From Mobula hypostoma (Eukaryota), in contig NC_086097.1 of assembly GCF_963921235.1 (NCBI RefSeq), positions 60,576,001 through 60,640,000 of the forward strand: a stretch of 64,000 bases of DNA, given 5' to 3'. Both the position numbers and the translations under genes were made by a program. Shown piece after piece: positions 1 through 11,446 of the stretch; position 1 is the stretch's first letter; each line of letters begins with the position of its first letter. The notes beneath the pieces were generated by a model that saw only the letters and a program-made list of their open reading frames with translations, did not search any database and was not told where the DNA came from.

Positions 1-640
1 CCGCCTGTCTTCCTTGTCTTTCCACGGCTTCTGGAAGGATCACCAGGATCCTGAAGAAATAACAGATTAATACCATCCACAAACCCGTAAGAAAGCTCAA
101 ATCACAATTTCTGTAGATCAAACATAACCTGGGACTCAGGAAGGTTGGTGTTTACAGGATACCCTGTGATTACCGAGCTGTGTATATTGGCAAGATGGGA
201 TGCACAGTGGAAACTCTCATCAAGGGGTACAGAAGGTGTATCTGTTTGGGTACCCGGAGCAATCGGCAGCGGCAGAACATTGCATTCGCAGTGGCAATAA
301 TATTGACTTCAATGGCGAAAAAACTATTGTGCCATGCCAATGGCTTTCGGGACTTCCTGGTGAAGGAAGCCAAGAAATAAAACCAAAGGAAAAGAATTTT
401 AATAAAGATGAAGTAAGAACTAAGTAAGAAATGGAATTCGGTTGTAAAAAAAGGTGGGACAATAGAAACTTGATGGTTGTGGACTAACCAGTCAAGAGGG
501 ACAGATGATGGGGTAGATATACTACTGGACTAGACATACTAAGGCATCATCTGTAATGAAGATGATGGAGTTTGTCATGGAATCGTCAGCTGAAATTGAT
601 ACCTATACCCAAATGGAAGCCTGACAAGTATTCATTAATC
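1..640 (+). mobile_element. Penelope-like retroelement 3' remnant (GIY-YIG endonuclease plus pLTR)
   Basis: Frameshifted translation gives GVYRIPC..AVYIGK (GIY-YIG), then SAAAEHCI..IDF, LVKEA and NFNKDE, typical of the PLE C-terminus. A degenerate hammerhead-like motif lies at ~551-590. Confidence 0.75.
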
Positions 641-1560
641 AGCTCCTCTGTTTTACTGAGATTGAGTGAGAAGTTGTTGTGGCGCCACTCAATTAGATTT
701 TCAATCTTCCTCCTGTATGCTGATTCATTACCACTTTCGATCTGGACAACGAAGTGGAGTTGTCAGCAAACTTAAATATGACATTTTAATTACCACATAA
801 TGATAGGTATAAAGTTAAAAAAAACATGTGGATAAGCACACAGATTTATGATGCATCTGGTGGGCTGATGATGTGGATGTGTTGTTGCCAATCTGTACTA
901 ACAGGGGTTTGTCAGTGAGGTAATCAAGGATCCAGCTGCACAGAGGTACCAAGGCCCGGTTCTTGGTGCTTCGTGATGAGTTTTGAGGTCATGGTCGCAT
1001 TGAATGTTGAGCTGTGTTAATAATGAATGCCCTGATGTCTGCATCTTCACTGTCTAGATGTTCCAGAGCTAAGTGAAGAGCCAATGAAGTGGCAGCTGTG
1101 GTTGACCTGTTGTGAAAGTAGGCAAATTGGATTGGATACAGGTCACTCCTCAGGCAGGAGATGATATGCTTCATGACCAACTTGTCAAAGCACTTCATCA
1201 CAGTGGATGCAAGTGCTGCTGGACAGAAGTTATTGAGGCAGGTTATCATGTTCTTCTTGAGAAGCGATATGATTGAAGCCTGCTTGAAGCAGATGGATAG
1301 CTCTGACTGCCGACATGAGAGTTTGATGGTATATGTAAACACTCCTCCTGGCTGATTAGTGCGAGTTTTCAGTACTCGGCCAGATACACCATCTGGATCA
1401 GGTGTTCTCCCTGGACTCACCCCCCTGTAGGATGCTCTCACGCCAGCCTCAGAGACTGAAATCACAGAGTTGATGCGGGCTGTGGGGATTTGTGAAGCTA
1501 CCTCCATATTCTGATGGTCAAAGTGCTCATAAAATGAGATGAATTCATCTGGGAGGTACA
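640..1560 (-). mobile_element. Rex1/Babar-like LINE RT fragment
   Basis: ORF 989-1561 contains CFKQASII..CLNNFCPAALASTVMKCFDKLV..IQFAYFHNRST, the same motifs as the other Rex1-like copies here. Confidence 0.85.
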
Positions 1561-1574
1561 ATCTGCAGAACTAA

Positions 1575-1770
1575 GTTCAAATCCCACCACAACAGCTGTG
1601 AAGCTAAAATTAAGTTCATTAAGTAACCTGATAACCATGAGCGAATGAAATCCTACAAAGCCTCAGTGAGTGCACCCTAGAGATGGAAATTTGCCTCTGG
1701 ATCTGGCCTGTGTTACTCAGGATCTCCAATAATACATTTTAAGTATTGACCTGGTAAGTCACTGTGAATT
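1575..1770 (+). mobile_element. Old retroposon head remnant (related to 45960-46260)
   Basis: Contains the B-box-like GTTCAAATCCCACCAC..CAGCTG, similar to GAAATCCCATCATGGCAGCTGG near 46030. Confidence 0.4.
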
Positions 1771-1797
1771 ATGTTAGTATACTTGAAAACCTGAAGG

Positions 1798-1932
1798 AGT
1801 CCTGCTGAAGGGTCTCAGTCAGAAACGTCGACAGTACTCTTTTCCCTAGATGCTGTCTGGCCTGATGAGTTCCTCCAGCATTTTGTGCATGTTGCTTGAA
1901 TTTCCAGCATCGTCAGATTTTCTCTTGTTTGT
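1798..1932 (+). mobile_element. Penelope-type pLTR fragment with decayed minimal hammerhead
   Basis: AGTC CTGCTGA AGGGTCTCAGTCA GAAA CGTC GAC, followed by the same downstream sequence as the copies at 37.1, 41.5, 44.9 and 52.2 kb. Confidence 0.75.
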
Positions 1933-1984
1933 AACACATTAATGTTATCTGTCTAGTGTCTCAAGGGGATCCGATTCTCAGAAG

Positions 1985-2310
1985 TATATTGTCCAATTGA
2001 CCATGGAGATGGTTAAAACATGAGAGCATAGTTTTAGGGTGAGAAGTAGGAGATTCAAAGGAAGTTTAGGGGTAAATTATTTTTAGGCACTGTGGTTCAT
2101 ATCTGGTACTCACTACCAGAGGTGGTGGTTGAATCAGGTGCGATTGCAATATTTAATTGTAAATTAGATAGGCACTTAAGTAGGCAAAACATAGAACAAT
2201 ACATTCCTAATGTGGGCAAATGGGATCAGTGTAGATGGGGCAAACATTTGGCACAGATTTTGTTAGCCAAAGGCCATTTCTGTTTTGCTCAGCTCCATGA
2301 TTCCATAGCC
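1985..2310 (+). mobile_element. CR1 LINE 3' end fragment
   Basis: Decayed CR1 ORF2 C-terminus (HSFRVRSRRFKG..WYSLPEVVVE..KLDRHL) followed by the 3' UTR. Confidence 0.75.
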
Positions 2311-2535
2311 TTTGGATACTTGAAAGAAACCTGTGTCTTGAGGGACTCTTCAGTCATTTGATTTTCCCTTAACACTGTGCAAGTCCTGAAGTGGGAAATG
2401 TTCAAAATCTGCCCCAACAATCAAAGCATAAGTATCGAATGTGCCATGTACACTTTTAAAAGAATCTCAAAACTCACAGGGAATAGTAACTCAAGTGAAC
2501 CGTTGGATGTAGTATGAATTATTCAAATCCCTCAC

Positions 2536-2863
2536 TGTAACGATGAACTCAAGCTAGCGAATCTAGGTGCAGAGTAACTGGGGATTGAGTATAAACACTG
2601 ACATGAGTTTAGTCATAGAAGAATCAATGAAGATACACAGGTCACTCGGAATGAACGTCATTATGGAAAGGCTAGGTCAAGACTGAGCAACGAGTGCTCA
2701 GCACCCAAAACTTAAATAGTGCAATAAACAGCACGATAAAACTTCAGGGAGCAATTAACAGGTAAGACAAGCCACAATCAGGTAAATTAATGATATTCAG
2801 GTGAAGTAGTGTGTAAACTCTGGACCCGTGGGGGCCTTCCACTGATCCAAAGGATTCATGACA
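2536..2863 (-). repeat. 3' LTR of the sushi-like Gypsy element
   Basis: TGTAA...TGACA termini on the + strand; aligns with 11447-11640 plus ~12497-12661; minus-strand TATTTAAG at 2718-2711. Confidence 0.85.
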
Positions 2864-3254
2864 GGGCACCCCTCCTATTGCTGGCTCCTGATGGTCCAAG
2901 GCAATCAGAATAGTAGTGAAAATCTGTAATCAATTCAAGGTCCAAGCTGTCCCGAGAAGGAACCCAGTACCAGTGGGAGTCACAGATGATTGAATAAATC
3001 CAGACCTCAGTTCCTCCTGAATGTAACCCTCATTAGCTTTTCTCTCAGAGAGAGACAAAGAATAAAGTCTTTCCCTGAGAGGACAAGTGCAAGTTAGCAA
3101 ATTGATAACACAATCATAATCCAAATGATGTGGGAGCATGGTGGCCCTATTTTTACTAAGTACCTCCAGCAAGTCAAAATAATCAGAGAGCACTCGAGAT
3201 AATTCAGGTGAAATAAGATTTGGCTTGGAGGAATCTGGAGAGGATTCAGGAAAA

Positions 3255-3515
3255 TTAGGAAGTGACTCGAAAGATCTTACAGGCAACTCAGAAGATCTTG
3301 CAAGTAACTCGGCAAGCAGCTCAGGAGATCTTGCAGGCAACTCAGAAGATCTTATAGGGAACCTGGGAGCTCTTGCAGGGAACTCGGGAGATCTTCCAGG
3401 CAACTCAACTCGGGGATTTTCAAGCGACTTGGAAGATCTAGCAAGCAACCTAGGAGATCTTGTAGGTAACTTGGGAGTTGTTGGAAACAACTTGGAAAGT
3501 CCTGAAGGCAACTCG
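3255..3515. repeat. Degenerate 21-bp minisatellite inside the Gypsy pol linker
   Basis: Unit ~GGAGATCTTGCAGGCAACTCG; reads as ELPARSP-like heptads in the minus ORF 2930-3511. Confidence 0.85.
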
Positions 3516-3889
3516 TGAGGTGAGCAATAGGTCAGACATGAAGTTGACTAACCTTGAATGGTGCCAGTGGACTAATAGATTAGAGGGTGCGTAAAGGCAG
3601 CCAAGGAATGACAAGGATGAGTGGAACCTCAGGGGAGTGAATAAGATGAAATTGAATAGATTCGACAAGCTGGCCAATAGTAAGTTTGAGAGGAGAGGTA
3701 AGAAAACAAATTTGTCTTAGTCCCAATGGTTTCCCATATAGAGCCATGGTGAAGAGTGGCTGATCTAGATGCTAAAAGTGAACTTTAAGTCATCTGACCA
3801 GCTCAAGATCTAGGAAATTGCCACAGCACAGGAGTCAGTGAAAGCTCCAAGGCTGTTCTGATGTTCCTTCCAAGAGAAAAGAGAAGGTA

Positions 3890-4065
3890 ACACCACTGCG
3901 GATACGATAGGGTCTTTTAAGAGACTTTTGGATAGGTACATGGAGCTTAGAAAAATAGAGGGCTATGGATACGCCTAGTAATTTCTAAGGTAAGGACATG
4001 TTCAGCACAACTTTGTGCGCCGAAGGGCCTGTATTGTGCTATAGGTTGTCAATTTTTCTATGTTT
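3890..4065 (+). mobile_element. CR1 3' terminal fragment
   Basis: GATACGATAGGGTCTTTTAAGAGAC..GGGCCTGTATTGTGCT..TTTCTATGTTTC, matching the CR1 ends near 37.6 and 39.0 kb. Confidence 0.85.
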
Positions 4066-4235
4066 CACTCCAGAAATAGCAGAGCCGGGAGAAAAAATAG
4101 AGACCATCACAGTCCTCCACTTCCTGGATGGTTTTGGGAGTTTTCCTGATAATTTGGGGAAAGAAGAGCAATAGTGGCAAGCCCCTCTGCAATAAACACA
4201 GCACTTCTCTCCTCTTCGTCTCTCCCACTCAGATG

Positions 4236-7200
4236 GATGTCCACATCTGCGCCAGGTGCGCCGAGCTGCAGCTCCTAATGGACCGCGTTAGGGAACTGGA
4301 GCTGCAGCTCGATGACCTTCGTCTGGTCAGGGAGAGTGAGGAGGTGATAGAGAGGAGTTACAAGCAGCTGGTCACACCGGGGCCACGGGAGGCAGACAAG
4401 TGGGTCACGGTTAGCAAGGGGAAGGGGAAGGGTCAGGTAATAGAGAGTACCCCGGTGGCTGCGCCCCTTGACAATAATTACTCCTGTTTGGGTACTGTTG
4501 GGGGGGTGGGACAGCTTACCTGGGGGAAGCAACAGTGACCGTGCCTCTGGCACAGAGTCTGGCCCTGTAGCTCAGAAGGGTAGAGGAAGGAAGAGGAGGG
4601 CAGTAGTAATAGGGGACTCGATAGTTAGGGGGTCAGATAGGCGATTCTGTGGACACAGTCAGAAGACTCGGATGGTAGTTTGCCTCCCTGGTGCCAGGGT
4701 CTGGGATGCTTCGGATAAATGATGTTGAAAATTTAAGCAAATCCGCTGATAGAAAGGTTGTGAGTGGTGGTAAAAATCTTCTGAGGTGTATATATTTCAA
4801 TGCTAGGAGTATTTCAGGGAAGGCGGATGAGTTGAGGACGTGGATTGACACGTGGAATTATGACGTTATAGCAATTAGTGAAACTTGGCTGCAGGAGGGG
4901 CAGGACTGGCAGCTTAATATTCCAGGGTTCCGATGTTTCAGATGTGATGAAGGCAGAGGAATGAAAGGTGGGGGAGTAGCATTGCTTGTTAGGGAAAATA
5001 TTACAGCAGTGCTCAGGCAGGACAGATTAGAGGGCTTGTCTACTGAGTCCTTATGGGTGGAGCTGAGAAACAGGAAAGGTATGGCCACATTAGTGGGATT
5101 GTATTACAGACCACCCAATAGTCAACGAGACTTGGAAGAGAAAATCTGCAGAGAGATAGCAGGCAACTGCAGGAAACATAAAGTTGTGGTGGGAGGGGAT
5201 TTTAATTTTCCAGACATTGATTGGGACTCCCATACTGTTAGGGGTCTAGATGGTTTAGAGTTTGTAAAATGAGTTCAGGAAAGTTTTCTAAATCAATATA
5301 TAGAGGGACCAACTAGAGGGGATGCAATATTGGATCTCCTGTTAGGAAACGAATTAGGGCAAGTGACAGAAGTCCATGTAGGGGAGCACTTTGGTTCCAG
5401 TGATCATTACACCATTAGTTTCAATTTGATCATGGACAAGGATAGATCTGGTCCTAGGGTTGAGGTTCTGAACTGGAAGAAGGCCAAATTTGAAGAAATG
5501 AGAAAGGATCTAAAAAGCGTGGATTGGGACAGGTTTTTCTCTGGCAAAGATGTGATTGGTAGGTGGGAATCCTTCAAAGGGGAAATTTTGAGAGTGCAGA
5601 GTTTGTATGTTCCTGTCAGGATTAAAGGCAAATTGAATAGGAATAAGGAACCTTGATTCTCAAGGGATATTGCAACTCTGATAAAGAAGAAGAGGGAGTT
5701 GTATGAAATGTATAGGAAACAGGGGGTAAATCAGGTGCTTGAGGAGTATAAGAAGTGCAAGAAAATACTTAAGAAAGAAATCAGGAGGGCTAAAAGAAGA
5801 CATGAGGTTGCCTTGGCAGTCAAAGTGAAGGATAATTCAAAGAGCTTTTACAAGTATATTAAGAGCAAAAGGATTGTAAGGGATAAAATTGGTCGTCTTG
5901 AAGATCAGAGTGGTCGGCTTTGTGCGGAACCAAAGGAAATGGGGGAGATCTTAAATAGGTTTTTTGCGTCTGTATTTACTAAGGAAGCTGGCATGAAATC
6001 TATGGAATTGAGGGAATCAAGTAGTGAGACCATGGAAACTGTACAGATTGAAAAGGAGGAGGTGCTTGCTGTCTTGAGGAAAATTAAAGTGGATAAATCC
6101 CCGGGACCTGACAGAGTGTTCCCTCGGACCTTGAAGGAGACTAGTGTTGAAATTGCGGGGGCCCTGGCAGAAATATTTAAAATGTCGCTGTCTATGGGTG
6201 AAGTGCCGGAGGATTGGAGAGTGGCTCATGTTGCTCCGTTGTTTAAAAAAGGATCGAAAAGTAATCCAGGAAATTATAGGCCGGTGAGTTTAAAGTCAGT
6301 AGTAGGTAAGTTATTGGAGGGAGTACTAAGAGACAGAATCTACAAGCATTTGGATAGACAGGGGCTTATTAGAGAGAGTCAACATGGCTTTGTGCGTGGT
6401 AGGTCATGTTTGACCAATCTGTTGGAGTTTTTCGAGGAGGTTACCAGGAAAGTGGATGAAGGGAAGGCAGTGGATATTGTCTACATGGACTTCAGTAAGG
6501 CCTTTGACAAGGTCCCGTATGGGAGGTTAGTTAGGAAAATTCAGTCGCTAGGTATACATGGAGAGGTGGTAAATTGGATTAGACATTGGCTCGATGGAAG
6601 AAGCCAGAGAGTGGTGGTAGAGAATTGCTTCTCTGAGTGGAGGCCTGTGACTAGTGGTGTGCCACAGGGATCAGTGCTGGGTCCATTGTTATTTGTCATC
6701 TATATCAATGATCTGGATGATAATGTGGTAAATTGGATCAGCAAGTTTGCTGATGATACAAAGATTGGAGGTGTAGTAGACAGTGAGGAAGGTTTTCAGA
6801 GCCTGCAGAGGGACTTGGACCAGCTGGAAAAATGGGCTGAAAAATGGCAGATGGAGTTCAATACTGACAAGTGTGAGGTATTGCATGTTGGAAGGACAAA
6901 CCAAGGTAGAACATACAGGGTTAATGGTAAGGCACTGAGGAGTGCAGTGGAACAGAGGGATCTGGGAATACAGATACAAAATTTCCTAAAAGTGTCGTCA
7001 CAGTTAGATAGGGTCGTAAAGAGAGCTTTTGGTACATTGGCCTTTATTAATCGAAGTATTGAGTATAAGAACTGGAATGTTATGATGAGGTTGTATAAGG
7101 CATTGGTGAGGCCGAATCTGGAGTATTGTGTTCAGTTTTGGTCACCAGATTACAGGAAGGATATAAATAAGGTTGAAAGAGTGCAGAGAAGGTTTACAAG

Positions 7201-7668
7201 GATGTTGCCGGGACTTGAGAAACTCAGTTACAGAGAAAGGTTGAATAGGTTAGGACTTTATTCCCTAGAGCGTAGAAGAATGAGGGGAGATTTGATAGAG
7301 GTATATAAAATTATGATGGGTATAGATAGAGTGAATGCAAGCAGGCTTTTTCCACTGAGGCAAGGGGAGAAAAAAACCAGAGGACATGGGTTAAGGGTGA
7401 GGGGGGAAAAGTTTAAAGGGAACATTAGGGGGGGCTTCTTCACACAGAAGGTGGTGGGAGTATGGAATGAGCTGCCAGACAAGGTGGTAAATGCGGGTTC
7501 TTTTTTAATTTAAGAAGAAATTGGACAGATACATGGATGGGAGGTGTATGGAGGGATATGGTCCGTGTGCAGGTCAGTGGGACTAGGCAGAAAATGATTC
7601 GGCACAGCCAACAAGGGCCAAAGGGCCTGTTTCTGTGCTGTAGTTTCTATGGTTCTATGGTTCTATGG
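4236..7668 (+). mobile_element. Near full-length, relatively young CR1 LINE
   Basis: ORF1 remnant (ICARCAELQ zinc/zipper region; esterase-like GDSIVRG) with an internal deletion at ~4715, then ORF2 and a (TTCTATGG)n tail. Confidence 0.95.
4691..7513 (+). pseudogene. CR1 ORF2 (APE endonuclease + reverse transcriptase), interrupted
   Basis: ORFs 4691-5272, 5330-5656 and 5699-7513 share one frame broken by two TGA stops. Motifs: YFNARS, ISETWL, GDFN, SDH, GVPQGSVLGP, FADDTK. Confidence 0.95.
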
Positions 7669-10600
7669 CAGGGAGATTTGCGAAGGCTACTGGGGAGACT
7701 TTAAACTAGAATGGTTGGGGGATGGGAATCAAATTGAAGAGACTAGGAGAGAGGAGGTTAGTTCCGAAATAGAGAAAGCTAGTAGACAGTGTGTGAGGGA
7801 GGATAGGCAGGGGACAGAGATGAGGAGCACTCAGACCGAAGATGTACGGGAGAAGGAAGAAAAAGATAACAAAGTTGTTTGCTCCATTAGGGATAAACAG
7901 AGAGTAAGAGGTAGAGAGTTTCTTAAATGCATTTATTTTAATGCTAGGAGCATTGTAAGAAAGGTGGATGAGTTTAGAGCATGGATTGATACCTGGAAAT
8001 ATGATGTTGTAGCTATTAGTGAAACATGGTTGCAGGAGGGGTGTGATTGGCAATTAAATATTCCTGGATTTCATTGTTTCAGGTGTGATCGAATCGGAGA
8101 GGCATGGGAGAGGGTGTTGCATTTCTTGTCAGAGAAAATATAACAGCGGTGTTTTGGCAGGATAGATTAGAGGACTCATCTTGGGAGGCTATTTGGGTGG
8201 AATTGAGGAATGGGAAAGGTGTAGTGTCGCTTATAGGGGGGTATTATAGACCACCCAATGGGGAGCGAGAATTGGAGGAGCAAATTTGTAAGGAGATAGC
8301 AAATTTGCAGTAAGCCCAAGGTTGTGATTGTGGGAGATTTTAATTTTCCACACATTGACTGGGAAGCCCATTCAGTAAAAGGGCTGGATGGTAAAATGTG
8401 TGCAAGGTAATTTTTTGCAGCAATACATAGAGGTACCAACTAAAGAAAGAACAGTGTTGGATCTCCTATTAGGGAATGAGATAGGGCAGGTGACGGAGGT
8501 ATGTGTTGGGGCACACTTTGGGTCCAGTGATCACAATTCCATTAGTTTCAATATAATTATAGAGAAGGATAGGACTGGACCCAGGGTTGAGATTTTTGAT
8601 CGGAGAAAGGATAACTTTGAGGAGATGTGAAAGGATTTAGAAGGAGTGGATTGCGACAATTTGTTTTATGGGAAGGATGTAGTAGAGAAATGGAGGTCAT
8701 TTAAAGGTGAAATTTTGAGGGTACAGGATCTTCATGTTCCTGTTAGGTTGAAAGGAAAGGATAAAAGTTTGAGAGAGCCATGGTTTTCAAGGGATATTGG
8801 AAACTTGGTTCGGAAAAAGAGAGGGATCTACAAAAAATATAGGCAGTTTGGAGTAAATGAGGTGGTCGAGGAATATAAAGAATGTAAAAAGAATCTTAAG
8901 AAAGAAATTAGAAAAGCTAAAAGAAGATATAAGGCTGCTTTGGCAAGTAAGGTGAAAATAAATCCAAAGGGTTTCTACAGATATATTAATAGCAAAAGGA
9001 TAGTGAGTGATAAAATTGGTCCATTACAGAATCAGAGTGGACGGCTATGAGCGGAGCCAAAGGAGATGGGGGAGATTTTGAACAATTTCTTTTCTTTGGT
9101 ATTCACTAAGGAGAAGGATATTGAATTGTGTTATGTAAGGGAAATGAGAAGGGTAGCTATGGAAAGTATGGTTATTAAAGAAGAGGAAGTACTGGTGTTT
9201 TTAAGGAATATAAAAGTGGATAGGTCTCTGGGTCTGGACAGGATATTCCCTAGGACTTTGAGGGAAGTGAGTGTGGAAATAGCAGGGGCTCTGACAGAAA
9301 TATTTCAAATGTCATTAGAAATGGGGATGTTGCCGGAGGATTGGGGTATTGCTCATGTTGTTCTATTGTTTAAAAAGGGTTCTAAGAGTAAACCTAGAAA
9401 TTATCGGCCTGTGAGTTTGATGTCAGTGGTGGGTAAATTGATGGAAAGTATTCTTAGAGATGGTATAAATAATTATCTGGATGGACAGGGTCTGATTAGG
9501 AACAGTCAACATGGATTTGTGCATGGTAGGTCATGTTTGTTAAATCTTATTGAATTTTTGGTGAGGTTACTAGGAAAGTTGACGAGGGTAAAGTGGTTGA
9601 TGTTGTCTGTATGGACTTCAGTAAGACCTTTGACAAGGTTCCACATGGAAGGTTAGTTAGGAAGGTTCAATCGTTAGGTATTAATATCGAAGTTGTGAAA
9701 TGGATTCAGCAGTGTCTGGATGGGAGACACCAGAGAGTGGTTGTGGATAACTATTTGTCAGATTGGAGGCCGGTGACTCGTTGTGTGCCTCAGGGATCTG
9801 TACTGGGTCCAATGTTTTTGGTCATATATATTAATGATCTGGATGATGGGGTGGTAAATTGGATTAGTAAGTATGCAGATGATACTAAGATAGGTGGAGT
9901 TGTGGATAATGAAGTAGGTTTTCAAAGCTTGCAGAGAGATTTAGACCACTTAGAAGTGTGGGCTGAAAGATGGCAGATGGAGTTTAATGCTGATAGATGT
10001 GAGGTGCTACATTTTGGTAGGACCAATCAAAATAGTACATACATGGCAAATGGTAGGGCATTGAAGAATGCAGTAGAACAGAGAGATCTGGGAATAATGG
10101 TGCATAGTTCCCTGAAGGTGGAATCTCATGTGGATAGGGTGGTGAAGAAAGCTTTTGGTATGCTGGCCTTTATAAATCAGAGCATTGAGTATAGGAGTTG
10201 GGATGTAATGTTGAAATTGTACAAGGCATTGGTAAGGCCAAATTTGGAGTATTGTATACAGTTTTGGTCACCCAATTATAGGAAAGATGTCAACAAAATT
10301 GATAGACTACAGACGAGATTTACTAGAATGTTACCTAGGTTTCATCTCCTAAGTTACAGAGAAAGGTTGAACAAGTTGGGTCTTTATTCTTTGGAGTGTA
10401 GAAGGTTGAGGGGGGACTTGATAGAGGTATTTAAAATTATGAGGGGGATAGATAGAGTTGACGTGGATAGGCTTTTTCCATTGAGAGTGGGGGGAGATTC
10501 AAACAAGAGGACATGAGTTGAGAGTTAAAGGGCAAACGTTTAGGGGTAACATGAGGGGGAACTTCTTTACTCAGAGAGTGGTAGCTGTGTGGAACGAGCT

Positions 10601-10800
10601 TCCAACAGAAGTGGTTGAGGCAAGTTCAATATTGTCATTTAAATTTAAGCTTGATAGATATATGGACAGGAAAGGAATGGAGGGTTATGGGCTGAGTGCG
10701 GGTCGCTGGGACTAGGTGGGAGTAAGAGTTTGGCATGGACTAGAAGGGCCAAGATGGCCTGATTCCATGCTGTAATTGTGATATGTGTATATGGTTATAT
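7668..10800 (+). mobile_element. Second CR1 LINE (end of ORF1 plus frameshifted ORF2)
   Basis: EN and RT motifs spread over ORFs 7649-10715 (YADDTK), ending in an ATATGGTT-like tail; same subfamily as 59001-60589. Confidence 0.95.
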
Positions 10801-11446
10801 GATTCCATCTATTTGCATTGGCTCCTCAGAGGTCTGGGTAGAGTCCTTGAACATGGGGTTGAAGGAGACGTCAATGGACGTGAAAGAATGTTCACCACGT
10901 CTTTCTCACCTCCTCATAGATAGTCAGTTATCAATCCAGTTTACCAGACCTATAAGAATCTCCAGAGCTGGCCATTAAAACACCTCATGGTTGTTACAAA
11001 GGACCTGATGAAATATGGTGGTCTGTGCATCTATGTTCGAACCACTCTCTGCAGCCAAAGTGCAGAATTATATAGGGCAGTCCACTATAGACCTGACGCC
11101 ATAACGTAGATCAAGGAACCTGTTGGCTGTCAGCCGATCTCCGGTGGGGTAATTGAATAGCCTTCTCATTCTTCTAGTAAAGATATCTGCATTGAAGCAG
11201 GTAAGCGAATCCTTCTGCCTTGGAGCCATTGACCAATAGAGGTTCCTGTCCAAAAGGAGTAAGATAATGTCTGCCACTTTACTTCAATTTCAAGGTAAGT
11301 CTCACACACCAGGCTATTACAACTTCCGCAGTAAGGTTGGTATCTCCTGGAGCATGGGTCCATGTCTCCCAGCAGCTTTTCCTTGACAGGCCAATGCTGT
11401 ATGCAGCTGTTCACACTCTGTTGGGTCCATGTCAGCTCGGTCTTGC

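Noticed and set aside
2930..3511. PEG10/RTL1-like domesticated gene
   Set aside because: LTRs and TSD are retained, and the coding region is disrupted and deleted.
3255..3515. CRISPR-like array
   Set aside because: The units are contiguous degenerate tandem repeats with no unique spacers, there are no cas genes, and the context is eukaryotic.
3225..3518. 97-aa plus-strand ORF with GDLAGNS repeats as a novel repeat protein
   Set aside because: It is the antisense reading of the 21-bp minisatellite within the Gypsy pol region.
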